Part shown: positions 1 to 9,444 of the stretch, one piece after another
How the letters are laid out: each line of letters starts with the position of its first letter
Position numbering within the stretch: the first letter of the stretch is position 1
Origin: a virus
Taxonomy: Duplodnaviria > Caudoviricetes
Length of the DNA: 36,295 nt
Reading direction: 5' to 3' (one strand)
Virus record (IMG/VR): IMGVR_UViG_3300037991_001091
Location: 1-36,295 of that record
The notes under the pieces: generated by a model
Seen by the model: the letters and a program-made list of their open reading frames with translations, nothing else
Told to the model about the DNA's origin: nothing
Databases searched by the model: none
Translations under genes and position numbers: made by a program

Positions 1-174
1 GTGTGTGGGTTGGCACTTTTATACAACTTTATCGCTAGAGATATTATTGTTATCTTCACAGAACGCTTGGGAGAGCCTGTGCAGATGGACCACTTAATAA
101 CTGTCCTTGTAACAATGCTTGGTCTAAGTGGAATGAGAACATACGAAAAAGTAAAAAATGGGGAAAATATCTGA
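1..174 (+). CDS. Holin, 3-TM (GTA_holin_3TM-like), 5'-truncated by the window edge; not in the supplied ORF track
   Basis: Frame 1 is open from base 1 to TGA at 172-174: VCGLALLYNFIARDIIVIF...LITVLVTMLGLSGMRTYEKVKNGENI. Two hydrophobic segments and the terminal MLGLxGxRTYEK signature match my recollection of this holin family. Confidence 0.75.
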   Translation: MCGLALLYNFIARDIIVIFTERLGEPVQMDHLITVLVTMLGLSGMRTYEKVKNGENI

Positions 175-967
175 TACTTCAAAGTACGCTACAGTAACAC
201 CTGCTAGTGGGGATTATATGGTTGCAACAGACGTTAGCGACGCTAATAACACTAAGACAGTAACAGTGGGCTCTATGGCCACTCCTATGCTAGGAGCACT
301 GCCATCTGCTACACCACAAGTAGATGATAAGTTAATTGGTCTAGACACTAGCGACAGTGACAATGCCAAGAAGTTTGTAGTGTCTGATGTCTTTAAAGCC
401 CCATCATTAGTAACGGCAGATGTTGCAAATGACCACTTCTTGTTGTTAGATGCTAGTGATAGTAGCAACCCAAAGAAAGCTCTCATAACTGACATAACAT
501 CTTTGAGTGGGTATGTTGTAGCTATGGATGCTAAAACAACAGTAGACCAAACGCTTGCGGGTACAGCAACAAAGACGCAGGTTCTTTTAGGAGGTGCTGA
601 AACAAATACTCACGCTGACTTAGCTGCCGATGGTACAATTACACTAAAGAGTTTAGGAAATTATATTATTCAAACAAACTTTAACGTAGGAAATGTGGGG
701 GGTACAGCATCTGTTGTTCATATACGATATGAAATTAATGGTGCTTTAGGCTCTTTGAATGATATGACACATGTTCTACCCGCATCTGTTGTTGTTAGAA
801 ACATGAGTATTTCATTCCCTATAAAAGTCACCTCCGTAAATACTACGGTTAAATTTTTCTTTGGTGTAAAGACTGGTGGTAACGCTGGTTTTGTTGGCAC
901 ATCAACATCAATCAGTGGTATGGCAGGTTCTCCTCCGACAGCCGTTATGGTATATAGAGCAGAGTAA
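158..967 (+). CDS. Putative virion structural/fibre-like protein with three N-terminal ~38-aa repeats and a C-terminal beta-rich (C1q/BclA-like) domain
   Basis: 269-aa ORF rich in T/S/A/V/G. Repeats TPASGDYMVATDVSDANNTKTV, TPQVDDKLIGLDTSDSDNAKKF and ADVANDHFLLLDASDSSNPKKA. The C-terminus has a GTITLKSLGNYII-type strand pattern. Function inferred. Confidence 0.5.
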   Translation: MGKISDTSKYATVTPASGDYMVATDVSDANNTKTVTVGSMATPMLGALPSATPQVDDKLIGLDTSDSDNAKKFVVSDVFKAPSLVTADVANDHFLLLDASDSSNPKKALITDITSLSGYVVAMDAKTTVDQTLAGTATKTQVLLGGAETNTHADLAADGTITLKSLGNYIIQTNFNVGNVGGTASVVHIRYEINGALGSLNDMTHVLPASVVVRNMSISFPIKVTSVNTTVKFFFGVKTGGNAGFVGTSTSISGMAGSPPTAVMVYRAE

Positions 968-1185
968 TGCAAATCAGAAAAATTTCAATAGGGGCGGACT
1001 ACAAGAGTAGTGCGATGCACTACATCGTGGGGCAAGAGGTACTTGGCGGTGGATATAAAATACATTTGATACAGGCTGATGATAATCAGCACAAGGTTTG
1101 GGTTGAGAAAAACAACGAAGTGTTATTGTGGAAGTCCTTTGGGCCTACAATGCCTGTGTCAGTAGAATATAATATAAATTTTTAA
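967..1185 (+). CDS. Hypothetical protein (72 aa)
   Basis: ATG overlaps the previous stop (TAATG) and its stop abuts the next ATG; globular-looking sequence. Confidence 0.75.
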   Translation: MQIRKISIGADYKSSAMHYIVGQEVLGGGYKIHLIQADDNQHKVWVEKNNEVLLWKSFGPTMPVSVEYNINF

Positions 1186-1755
1186 ATGCAATCAATTCAT
1201 TCGTTTTTAGTTAAACCTAAAGGCGGACGGAGATACAACAACACTAAAACTATAGGTGACGTTGATTTTATTATAAGTATATCTCCTGAAGACCATACGG
1301 TTACAAACAGAGAGGCCATAGTTGTCTCAGTTCCAGTTAATTATGAGGGAGATGTTAAGGTTGGAGATACAATCTTAGTTCATCACAATGTATTTAGAAC
1401 CTACTACGACATGAAGGGTAGGCATAGAAGTGGCAAGAGTTTCCTCAAGGATGACCTATTCCTAGTTGACCACGACCAATTCTACCTATACGATAATGGA
1501 GAGGGGTGGAAGGCGCCAGGTAAATATTGCTTCATAGAGCCTGTTGCTCCTGAGCACACTTGGTTAGTTAGCTCTTTTACGGAGCAGCCACTTGTGGGTA
1601 AGATTCGTTATATTAATAATGAGCTATTAGATATGGGGTTGCAGGTTGGCGATAGAATATCATTCAGCCCTGATAGCGAGTATGAGTTTAGAATAAACGA
1701 AGAGAAGCTTTATAGGATGTTCACTGAAAACATTACGATTCATTGGAAAAGATAG
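1186..1755 (+). CDS. GroES/Cpn10-like co-chaperonin with two tandem GroES-like domains
   Basis: Domain 1: FLVKP...AIVVSVP...DVKVGDTILV. Domain 2: YCFIEPV...GKIRY...LQVGDRISF...EFRINEEKLYRM. Both resemble the GroES pattern (vlvkp...g.Vvavg...vkvGD.Vlf...e.idge.y). Confidence 0.6.
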   Translation: MQSIHSFLVKPKGGRRYNNTKTIGDVDFIISISPEDHTVTNREAIVVSVPVNYEGDVKVGDTILVHHNVFRTYYDMKGRHRSGKSFLKDDLFLVDHDQFYLYDNGEGWKAPGKYCFIEPVAPEHTWLVSSFTEQPLVGKIRYINNELLDMGLQVGDRISFSPDSEYEFRINEEKLYRMFTENITIHWKR

Positions 1756-1922
1756 AAAGGTGGCTTCAGTGTGGATGCAAACTAAAAAGAGTAAAAGGAA
1801 AGTATAGATGGCAGAGATGCCCTGACGCAGTATATATTTATGAGCAATTCGAAAAAACAAGAGACTGGAGCTGGGATAAAAAATACAGTGAACACTTCAG
1901 AGATAAAGAAAAAAATTATTGA
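1743..1922 (+). CDS. Possible small Cys/His-containing protein (59 aa, TTG start); not in the ORF track
   Basis: Manual translation: MEKIERWLQCGCKLKRVKGKYRWQRCPDAVYIYEQFEKTRDWSWDKKYSEHFRDKEKNY*. It fills the gap between the GroES-like gene and terS. Confidence 0.4.
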   Translation: MEKIERWLQCGCKLKRVKGKYRWQRCPDAVYIYEQFEKTRDWSWDKKYSEHFRDKEKNY

Positions 1923-2151
1923 TGCAGGGTACAAGGCTGTACAGCAACTCATCAAGGTGGCTGAGGAGAATATCATCAAACCAGACCCTGACGATGAACT
2001 TGCTGCTGATAGACTAAAGAATGCCGCTGCAACAAAGAAACTAGCCATATTCGATGCGTTTGAGATACTATCAAGAATCGAGGCAGAGAAGGAGGCGCTT
2101 AATGAGGTTAAAGGTTCAATGAGAGGTTTTGCTGAGAGAAGGTCAAAATAG
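1888..2151 (+). CDS. Putative terminase small subunit; likely start GTG 1888 (ORF extends to ATG 1840)
   Basis: Short helical, charged protein directly upstream of and overlapping terL. Identity inferred from position. Confidence 0.5.
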   Translation: MNTSEIKKKIIDAGYKAVQQLIKVAEENIIKPDPDDELAADRLKNAAATKKLAIFDAFEILSRIEAEKEALNEVKGSMRGFAERRSK

Positions 2152-4372
2152 TTTATATCGGGTCGTAGACTCAGGTATCCCCAAGCAGGTCATAAGACAA
2201 AAGAACAAGGGGAAGAGCTGGGAGTATGGTTATAACGAGAAGTACGACATTATAATTATATCTCGTGACGGTACGCTTGGCGAAGTGTATAATATTAATG
2301 GTCTAATCATAGGACTGCCTAAAGCACCCAAAGAGGTGTACTGTAGGAGTGATAAGAAAGACGAACAATACTGGGAGCGAAAGGAATACCCCAAACAACT
2401 ATACAGAATAAAGTCAATCTTTCATTGGAATGAGATGGCATCTGATTTTAAGTCGATGTGGGTTGACTACATCGAGCAGGAGTTCGACAACAGGGAGAAT
2501 GGTTTCTGGTATATGAATCACGGAAAGCCTACCTATCTAACGGGCTCTCATTATATGTACTTACAATGGACTAAGATTGACGTTGGGTATCCTGACTTTA
2601 GAGAGGCCAATAGAATATTCTACATTTTTTGGGAAGCCTGCAAAGCGGACAAGAGAAGTTTTGGAATGTGCTACTTAAAGATTCGTCGTTCAGGTTTTTC
2701 GTTTATGGGGGCTTCGGAGTCAGTGAACATAGGAACACTAGCCAAAGACTCTAGGCTTGGTGTTCTATCAAAGACGGGTAATGACGCTAAGAAGTTATTT
2801 GTAGATAAGATTGTGCCTATATCCAGTAACTACCCTTTCTTCTTTAAGCCTATACAGGACGGTATGGATAAGCCTAAGACCGAGTTGGCGTTCCGTGTTC
2901 CAGCTTCTAAAATTACAAAGAAGAATATGCACGAGGTTATGGATGACGATATGGATGGCCTTGACACTACTATTGACTGGAAGAACACAGCAGACAACAG
3001 CTACGATGGTGAGAAACTGAAACTATTAGTACACGACGAGAGTGGTAAGTGGGAAAAGCCTGAGAACATTCTAAACAACTGGCGTGTAACCAAGACTTGT
3101 TTGAGGTTAGGTAGTCGTGTCGTTGGTAAGTGTATGATGGGGTCTACGTGTAACGCATTGAATAAGGGGGGTGACAACTTCAAGAAACTGTATATGGATT
3201 CCGACCCTTCTACAAGAAACCCCAATGGTCAAACCAAAAGCGGATTGTACTCATTGTTTATTCCAATGGAGTGGAACTTTGAGGGTTACATAAACAAGTT
3301 TGGGTGGCCCGTGTTTGAAAACCCTAACATAGCCCTAGAGGGAGTAGATGGCGAGATGATATCTACGGGTGCTATTACATATTGGGACAATGAGGTAAAA
3401 TCCCTCAAGAACGATGCAGATGCACTAAATGAGTTCTATCGTCAGTTTCCTAGGACAGAGTCTCACGCCTTTAGGGACGAGAGCAAGTCATCCATATTTA
3501 ACCTAACTAAGATATATCAGCAAATAGATTACAATGACTCTATTATAAGAGACCACTATGTTACTAGGGGCAAGTTCTACTGGAAAGATGGGCCTGATAG
3601 TAAGGTTGTCTGGAGTCCTGATAACAGGGGCAGGTTTTTAGTCTCTTGGATTCCACCTAGACATCTTCAAAATAAGATTGTAGAGAAGGGTGGTAGGAAA
3701 AGGCCAGGCAACGAACATATGGGTTCTTTTGGGTGTGACCCCTACGACATATCAGGAACTGTTGGCGGAGGCTCGTCAAACGGCTCACTACACGGACTGA
3801 CTAAGTTTCATATGGACGAGGGGCCTTCCAATGAGTTCTTCTTGGAGTATATAGCAAGACCACAGACAGCAGAGATATTCTTCGAGGATGTACTTATGGC
3901 ATGTATATTCTATGGGATGCCAATACTTGCGGAGAACAATAAACCGAGACTATTATACCACTTCAAGAATAGAGGGTATAGGGCGTACTCTATGAACAGG
4001 CCCGACAAGGCCCTTAACAAGCTCTCTAAGACCGAGAAAGAGTTGGGTGGTATACCTAACTCATCTGAGGACATAAAGCAGTCTCACGCAGCAGCTATAG
4101 AGTCTTATATAGAAAAGCATATAGGCCTAGATACTACGGGTGAGTATAGAGAGGCGGGGGACATGGGTTCTATGCCTTTTACAACCACATTGGAAGATTG
4201 GGCTAAGTTTGATATAAATAATCGTACAAAATATGACGCATCTATTAGCTCTGGATTGGCGATAATGGCCAACCAAAGACACCTATATAGACCTGAGGTT
4301 AAGCAATCAAAAATAAAGATTAACTTTGCAAGGTATAATAACAAGGGGAACATAAGCGAATTGCTGAACTAA
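2129..4372 (+). CDS. terL: Terminase large subunit
   Basis: Walker A-like KIRRSGFS, Walker B LLVHDESGKW, motif III MGST, RNase H-like nuclease motifs FGCDPYD and YDASISSGLA; lies upstream of the portal. Exact start uncertain (TTG). Confidence 0.92.
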   Translation: MLREGQNSLYRVVDSGIPKQVIRQKNKGKSWEYGYNEKYDIIIISRDGTLGEVYNINGLIIGLPKAPKEVYCRSDKKDEQYWERKEYPKQLYRIKSIFHWNEMASDFKSMWVDYIEQEFDNRENGFWYMNHGKPTYLTGSHYMYLQWTKIDVGYPDFREANRIFYIFWEACKADKRSFGMCYLKIRRSGFSFMGASESVNIGTLAKDSRLGVLSKTGNDAKKLFVDKIVPISSNYPFFFKPIQDGMDKPKTELAFRVPASKITKKNMHEVMDDDMDGLDTTIDWKNTADNSYDGEKLKLLVHDESGKWEKPENILNNWRVTKTCLRLGSRVVGKCMMGSTCNALNKGGDNFKKLYMDSDPSTRNPNGQTKSGLYSLFIPMEWNFEGYINKFGWPVFENPNIALEGVDGEMISTGAITYWDNEVKSLKNDADALNEFYRQFPRTESHAFRDESKSSIFNLTKIYQQIDYNDSIIRDHYVTRGKFYWKDGPDSKVVWSPDNRGRFLVSWIPPRHLQNKIVEKGGRKRPGNEHMGSFGCDPYDISGTVGGGSSNGSLHGLTKFHMDEGPSNEFFLEYIARPQTAEIFFEDVLMACIFYGMPILAENNKPRLLYHFKNRGYRAYSMNRPDKALNKLSKTEKELGGIPNSSEDIKQSHAAAIESYIEKHIGLDTTGEYREAGDMGSMPFTTTLEDWAKFDINNRTKYDASISSGLAIMANQRHLYRPEVKQSKIKINFARYNNKGNISELLN

Positions 4373-6817
4373 ATGAAAGATGTCAAAGTAAACATTCCGT
4401 CAATGTACTTCCCTAGCCAGTTTGCCTCGGACGAGGAAAAGGCTAGTATGAAGTATGGATTAAAAATAGGCCAAGCAATTCAATATGAATGGTTTCGAAG
4501 AGACGGCAACAATGGTAGGTACTACGACAGGTATCGTAATTTTCATAAACTAAGATTATATGCTCGTGGTGAGCAGTCGGTGGCTAAGTACAAAAAAGAA
4601 CTTGCTATAGACGGAGACCTCAGCTATCTAAACTTAGATTGGACTCCTGTTCCTATACTTCCAAAGTTTGTTGACATTGTGGTTAATGGTATGTCTAGCA
4701 GACCATTTACCGTAAAGGCGGAAGCGCAGGATGCAATGTCTGCTGACGAAAAGAACGCATACCAAGAGATGGTAAAGGCGGATATGATTGCTCAGCCTGT
4801 TCTTCAAAAGATAAAAGATGAGTTTGGTGTTGATACATTTAATGTAGACCCTGAGCAGATACCTGCCAATGATGACGAGTTAAACATCCACCTTCAATTA
4901 AATTATAAGCCTGCGATAGAGATTGCTGAAGAGACGGCGATAAATACCATTCTTGAAGACAATGACTATGATGATACTAGAAAGCGTATAGATTACGATT
5001 TAGCAGTGTTAGGTATGGCGGTTGCAAAGCACGAGTTCAATCCTGGTTCTGGAGTTGAGGTTAACTATGTTGACCCAGCTAACGTAATTCATAGTTACAC
5101 TGAAGACCCATACTTTAATGATTGCTTCTATTGGGGAGAGATAAAAACAGTTCCAATTACTGAGCTTATCAAGATTGACCCATCGTTAACGCAAGAAGAT
5201 TTAGAGAAGATATCTAAGTATAGTCAGAACTGGTATAACTATTACAATGTTCAGCAGTATTATCAGAATGATACGTTTTATAGAGACACGGCCACCTTGT
5301 TGTATTTCAATTACAAGACAACCAATACCTTTAAGTACAAAAAGAAAATATCTGAAGGTGGCGCTGTAAAGATGGTGGAAAAAGACTCTGCGTTCAACCC
5401 TCCACCAGAGATGTTGGAAGAGGGTAGGTTCGAAGTAATCGAAAAGACTATTGACGTTTGGTATGAGGGCGTAATGGTTATGGGAACTGACATTGTTCTT
5501 CGATGGAACATGATGGAAAATATGGTTAGGCCAGCATCAGCATCTCAGCATGCTTTATCTAATTATGTTGCTGTTGCACCAAGAATGTACAAGGGTAATG
5601 TAGAATCACTAGTTAGACGTATGATTCCATACGCTGACCTCATTCAGATTACACACCTAAAGATTCAGCAGGTTATGAATCGAATGACTCCTGACGGAGT
5701 ATTTATTGATGCGGATGGCCTTAGCGAGGTAGACTTAGGCACAGGGGCAGCGTACAATCCTGAAGATGCACTAAGACTTTATTTCCAAACAGGTTCTGTT
5801 GTTGGTCGTTCTTACACTCAGGACGGTGAGTTCAACAACGCTAGAGTTCCTATTCAACCTATCACGGGTCATTCTAGCCAAAGCAAGTTACAGGCATTAT
5901 TAGGAAACTACAATTACTACCTAGATATGATTCGTAGCGTAACGGGGCTAAATGAGGCTAGAGATGGTTCAAGTCCTGACCCTGATGCACTAGTGGGTGT
6001 TCAGAAACTAGCGGCAGCCAACTCAAATACAGCCACTAGACATATTATGGAGTCGAGTATGTTTATTATAAAGAGATTGTCCCAAGCGATATCTTGTAGA
6101 ATAGCAGACATACTTGAGTACTATGAGTTTGCAGAAGAGTTTGCAATGCAGATAGGGAAGTATAATGTCTCTATGTTGGAGGACATCAAAGACCTGTATA
6201 TGCGTGACTTTGGTGTATTCATACAAGTCGCACCAGATGAGGAGCAAAAAGCAATGCTTGAGCAAAACATTCAGATGGCGTTAAGTAAGAATGATATCAA
6301 CCTAGAGGATGCCATTGATATAAGGGAGATAAACAACACTAAGGTTGCGAATCAACTTCTCAAGATAAAAAGAACGAAAAACAAGGAGGCTGAGCAACAG
6401 CAACAAATGGCTCAACAACAAATGCAAATGCAAATGCAGATGCAGTCTCAACAGCAAGCAGCGCAAAACGCTCAAGAGAAGTTGTCTATGGAGCATCAAG
6501 TCACTCTTAGGGAGCTTCAAGCCGAAGTGGCTTTTCAAATTGAGAAGTTAAAGAACGAGGCTCAAATAAAGAGTCAGTTAATGCAGCAACAATTTAAGAA
6601 CGATTACAAAATAGCCTTAATAAAGGAAAGAAGGCTTAACGAAAGAAATGAAGAGAAAGAGGTTGCAAAAGATGAAAGAATTGACAGGCAAAACACTCAA
6701 CAATCAAGGTTGATTGAGCAAAGAAAAAAGGGTGGCGCTCCTATTAATTTTATGAAAGAGTCTGAAGACCTCAACAAGGTAGCGGAGGGAGTTGGAGACC
6801 CATTCGCTCCAAAATAA
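4373..6817 (+). CDS. Portal protein
   Basis: 814 aa immediately after terL. Motifs PILPKFVDIVVNG and IRSVTGLNEARDG, and a long Q-rich coiled-coil C-terminus as in podovirus portals with a barrel domain. Confidence 0.85.
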   Translation: MKDVKVNIPSMYFPSQFASDEEKASMKYGLKIGQAIQYEWFRRDGNNGRYYDRYRNFHKLRLYARGEQSVAKYKKELAIDGDLSYLNLDWTPVPILPKFVDIVVNGMSSRPFTVKAEAQDAMSADEKNAYQEMVKADMIAQPVLQKIKDEFGVDTFNVDPEQIPANDDELNIHLQLNYKPAIEIAEETAINTILEDNDYDDTRKRIDYDLAVLGMAVAKHEFNPGSGVEVNYVDPANVIHSYTEDPYFNDCFYWGEIKTVPITELIKIDPSLTQEDLEKISKYSQNWYNYYNVQQYYQNDTFYRDTATLLYFNYKTTNTFKYKKKISEGGAVKMVEKDSAFNPPPEMLEEGRFEVIEKTIDVWYEGVMVMGTDIVLRWNMMENMVRPASASQHALSNYVAVAPRMYKGNVESLVRRMIPYADLIQITHLKIQQVMNRMTPDGVFIDADGLSEVDLGTGAAYNPEDALRLYFQTGSVVGRSYTQDGEFNNARVPIQPITGHSSQSKLQALLGNYNYYLDMIRSVTGLNEARDGSSPDPDALVGVQKLAAANSNTATRHIMESSMFIIKRLSQAISCRIADILEYYEFAEEFAMQIGKYNVSMLEDIKDLYMRDFGVFIQVAPDEEQKAMLEQNIQMALSKNDINLEDAIDIREINNTKVANQLLKIKRTKNKEAEQQQQMAQQQMQMQMQMQSQQQAAQNAQEKLSMEHQVTLRELQAEVAFQIEKLKNEAQIKSQLMQQQFKNDYKIALIKERRLNERNEEKEVAKDERIDRQNTQQSRLIEQRKKGGAPINFMKESEDLNKVAEGVGDPFAPK
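6392..6460 (+). repeat. Q/M-rich low-complexity repeat, (CAAATG)n, inside the portal gene
   Basis: caaatgcaaatgcaaatgcagatgcag encodes QMQMQMQMQ within EQQQQMAQQQMQMQMQMQSQQQ. Confidence 0.7.
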
Positions 6818-6825
6818 AAAAGTAG

Positions 6826-6833
6826 TAACTTTA
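6826..6833 (+). promoter_or_regulatory. Possible Bacteroidota-type -7 promoter element (TAACTTTA) upstream of scaffold and capsid genes
   Basis: One mismatch to TAnnTTTG, in the 31-bp portal-scaffold intergenic gap. Confidence 0.4.
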
Positions 6834-6848
6834 CACGAAATTTAATCT

Positions 6849-7919
6849 ATGAAAATCAAAGTAAGGGCTTTAGACTCTGGAGAACAGAAGTCTAAACAAG
6901 AAATTGAAAAAGAATTATTGGATAAGCACGAGGCCGAGCAGGAACAAGCTGAACCACAAAACTCTAATACACAACAAGAGGAGCCCAAACAAGAAAACAA
7001 GTCACTTAGTGACGAAGATGTTCTTTCATATATATCGGAAAGGTATGGCAAGAAAATCGAATCTTTCGATGAGCTAACCGCCGAGAGAAGTCAATCTGAT
7101 GAACTACCAGAGGATGTTAAGGCGTACTATGAGTACAAAAAACAAACTGGTAGAAGTATGCAAGATTTCTTAAGGCTTAACACTAGCACGGATGATTTGA
7201 CGGAAGACCAGCTTTTATTTTCTTACTACAAGGAAGTAGAGCCAGACCTAGACGATACGGATATAGATATACTCATTTCTGATAGATTCGACACTGACGA
7301 TAATAATAGTAAAGAGTCTAAAAGAAAGCAAGTAGATAAGAAAAGAGAATTGGCTAAAGCCAAAAAGCATTTCGAATCTCAAAGAGAGAAATATAATGCG
7401 CCACTTGAGTCAAGGGCAGATGCAATTTCTAGCGAAGAGATTGAGGCTTACCGAGAGTATGTTAATCAGGCGAAAACCTATGAGGAGCGAACAAAGCGAC
7501 AAACAGAGTTTTTCAATGAGAAAACAAAGGCTGTTTTCAATGATGATTTCAAAGGTTTTGAAGTTAATATCGGAGACAATTCTTATACATATTCACCTGG
7601 CGAAGCGAGTCAAGTTATGAATGACCAATCAAACCTAAACAACTTTATATCAAAGTACTTAGATGAGGATGGTATGATTAAGGACGCTCGTGGATACCAT
7701 AAGGCTTTAGCTGCGGCCATGAACCCAGAGAAGTTTGCCAAGTTCTTTTATGAGCAAGGGCGAGCCGAGGCTATAGAGAGTGATGCAAGGCGTGCTAAAA
7801 ATATTAATATGGATGTCAAGCAAGCTCCACAATTCTCTAATAAAGGTGGGTTCAACGTTCGTAGTGTCGGCCAAAGTCGAGGCAACGGACTTAGGATAAA
7901 AAGTATTAAAAAAACATAA
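6849..7919 (+). CDS. Putative capsid scaffolding protein
   Basis: Acidic, helical 356-aa protein between portal and major capsid genes, with a basic C-terminal tail. Confidence 0.7.
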   Translation: MKIKVRALDSGEQKSKQEIEKELLDKHEAEQEQAEPQNSNTQQEEPKQENKSLSDEDVLSYISERYGKKIESFDELTAERSQSDELPEDVKAYYEYKKQTGRSMQDFLRLNTSTDDLTEDQLLFSYYKEVEPDLDDTDIDILISDRFDTDDNNSKESKRKQVDKKRELAKAKKHFESQREKYNAPLESRADAISSEEIEAYREYVNQAKTYEERTKRQTEFFNEKTKAVFNDDFKGFEVNIGDNSYTYSPGEASQVMNDQSNLNNFISKYLDEDGMIKDARGYHKALAAAMNPEKFAKFFYEQGRAEAIESDARRAKNINMDVKQAPQFSNKGGFNVRSVGQSRGNGLRIKSIKKT

Positions 7920-7929
7920 AACATAAAAA

Positions 7930-9390
7930 ATGGCAGGTTCATTAGCGGGCACTCCAGGTTTTAATTTACAACCTAGTGCAGAGAGGGTCGCAACCTCATC
8001 AAATTATTTAACTGACTTCAACTTTTTGAATCAGTATTTACCAGACGTTTACGAGGCTGAGTTCGAGCGTTATGGCAACCGTACTATCTCTTCTTTTTTA
8101 AGAATGGTAGGTGCAGAGATGCCAACTAACTCTGACTTAATCAAGTGGGCTGAGCAAGGTCGTTTGCATATTAAGTATACTCAGTGTACTACAAGTAATG
8201 CGGCGGGAGCAACAGCAGCAGGTACTGTTGTTACTTGGACTGTTGGGGATAGCTTAACAGACTTAGGTTTTACTGACGGTCAAATTGCATTAAGAGTTGG
8301 GCAAACAATATTTATTTCAGACAATAGTGCTGGTTCATCATTGTCGGACAGAGCTGTTATTGACACAGTTGATTATAGTGCGGGAACTTTTACGGTTAAG
8401 TACTATGGTGCAAGCCAAAACGTTCCAGCTTCTACAAACTGTACAATTTTTGTTTACGGTTCAGAGTTTAAAAAAGGAACAGACGGAATGGTTGAGTCTT
8501 TAGAGGCCGATGGTTTGATTTTCGAAAACAAGCCAATCATCATCAAAGACAGATACACTGTTACTGGTTCTGATATGGCTCAAATCGGATGGATTGAAAT
8601 TAGCACTGAAGATGGAGGAACAGGATATCTATGGTATCTAAAATCAGAGCACGAAACAAGACTTCGTTTCGAAGACTATATGGAGACTGCAATGGTTGAA
8701 GCTGTTCCTGCTGAAGACGCTTCAGGTGCAGAGACTTTACTTGGTAATGGCTCTATTTCTCCATACAAAGTTACTGCTGGTTCTGAGGGTGTATTCCACG
8801 CTGTAGAAACAAGAGGAAATGTTTGGAGTGGTGGTAACCCAACCACACTTTCTGACTTTGATGCTGTTATTCAGAGACTTGACAAGCAAGGTGCTATCGA
8901 AGAAAACGTATTGTTCTTAAACAGACAATTCTCTTTCGACATTGACGATATGCTTGCTGCTCAAAACTCTTACGGTGCAGGAGGTACTTCTTACGGTCTT
9001 TTCGACAACGACGAGGAGATGGCATTAAACCTTGGATTCTCAGGATTCCGCAGAGGTTATGACTTCTACAAGACTGACTGGAAATACTTGAACGACCCAA
9101 CAATGAGAGGTGGATTAGTAGGTGGAGCTGTAAACGGACTTTTAGTTCCTGCGGGTTCTACGACTGTTTACGACCAAGTTCTTGGTAAAAACGCTACTAG
9201 ACCATTCTTACATGTTAGATACCGTGCATCAGAAACTGAGAATAGACGATACAAAACGTTTATTGTTGGTTCTGCTGGTATGGTTGATGGCCGTGTTGGA
9301 ACTAGCTTAGATGCTATGCAAGTACACTTCCTTTCTGAAAGAGCGGTATGTGTAATGGGAGCTAACAACTTCTTTATTTTCAAAGGGTAA
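7930..9390 (+). CDS. Major capsid protein
   Basis: 486 aa after the scaffold and followed by a strong terminator. Motifs IKWAEQGRLH and SEGVFHAVETRG and a C-terminal ERAVCVMGANNF fit an HK97-fold capsid protein of podoviruses. Confidence 0.85.
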   Translation: MAGSLAGTPGFNLQPSAERVATSSNYLTDFNFLNQYLPDVYEAEFERYGNRTISSFLRMVGAEMPTNSDLIKWAEQGRLHIKYTQCTTSNAAGATAAGTVVTWTVGDSLTDLGFTDGQIALRVGQTIFISDNSAGSSLSDRAVIDTVDYSAGTFTVKYYGASQNVPASTNCTIFVYGSEFKKGTDGMVESLEADGLIFENKPIIIKDRYTVTGSDMAQIGWIEISTEDGGTGYLWYLKSEHETRLRFEDYMETAMVEAVPAEDASGAETLLGNGSISPYKVTAGSEGVFHAVETRGNVWSGGNPTTLSDFDAVIQRLDKQGAIEENVLFLNRQFSFDIDDMLAAQNSYGAGGTSYGLFDNDEEMALNLGFSGFRRGYDFYKTDWKYLNDPTMRGGLVGGAVNGLLVPAGSTTVYDQVLGKNATRPFLHVRYRASETENRRYKTFIVGSAGMVDGRVGTSLDAMQVHFLSERAVCVMGANNFFIFKG

Positions 9391-9406
9391 TATCCCTTAA
9401 CCTTAT

Positions 9407-9432
9407 GGGGGGAGGTAACTCCCCCCTTTTTT
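9407..9432 (+). terminator. Intrinsic terminator after the major capsid gene
   Basis: GGGGGGAG-GTAA-CTCCCCCC: perfect 8-bp stem, GNRA loop, followed by T6. Confidence 0.92.
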
Positions 9433-9444
9433 AAATTAAATCAA

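Noticed and set aside
7911-7929. AAAACAT tandem repeat before the capsid start
   Set aside because: Explained as an ordinary A-rich initiation region.
9383-9398. Small AAGGG/CCCTT hairpin over the capsid stop codon as a readthrough or frameshift signal
   Set aside because: Only a 5-bp stem, followed at once by a strong terminator, with no evident extension ORF.
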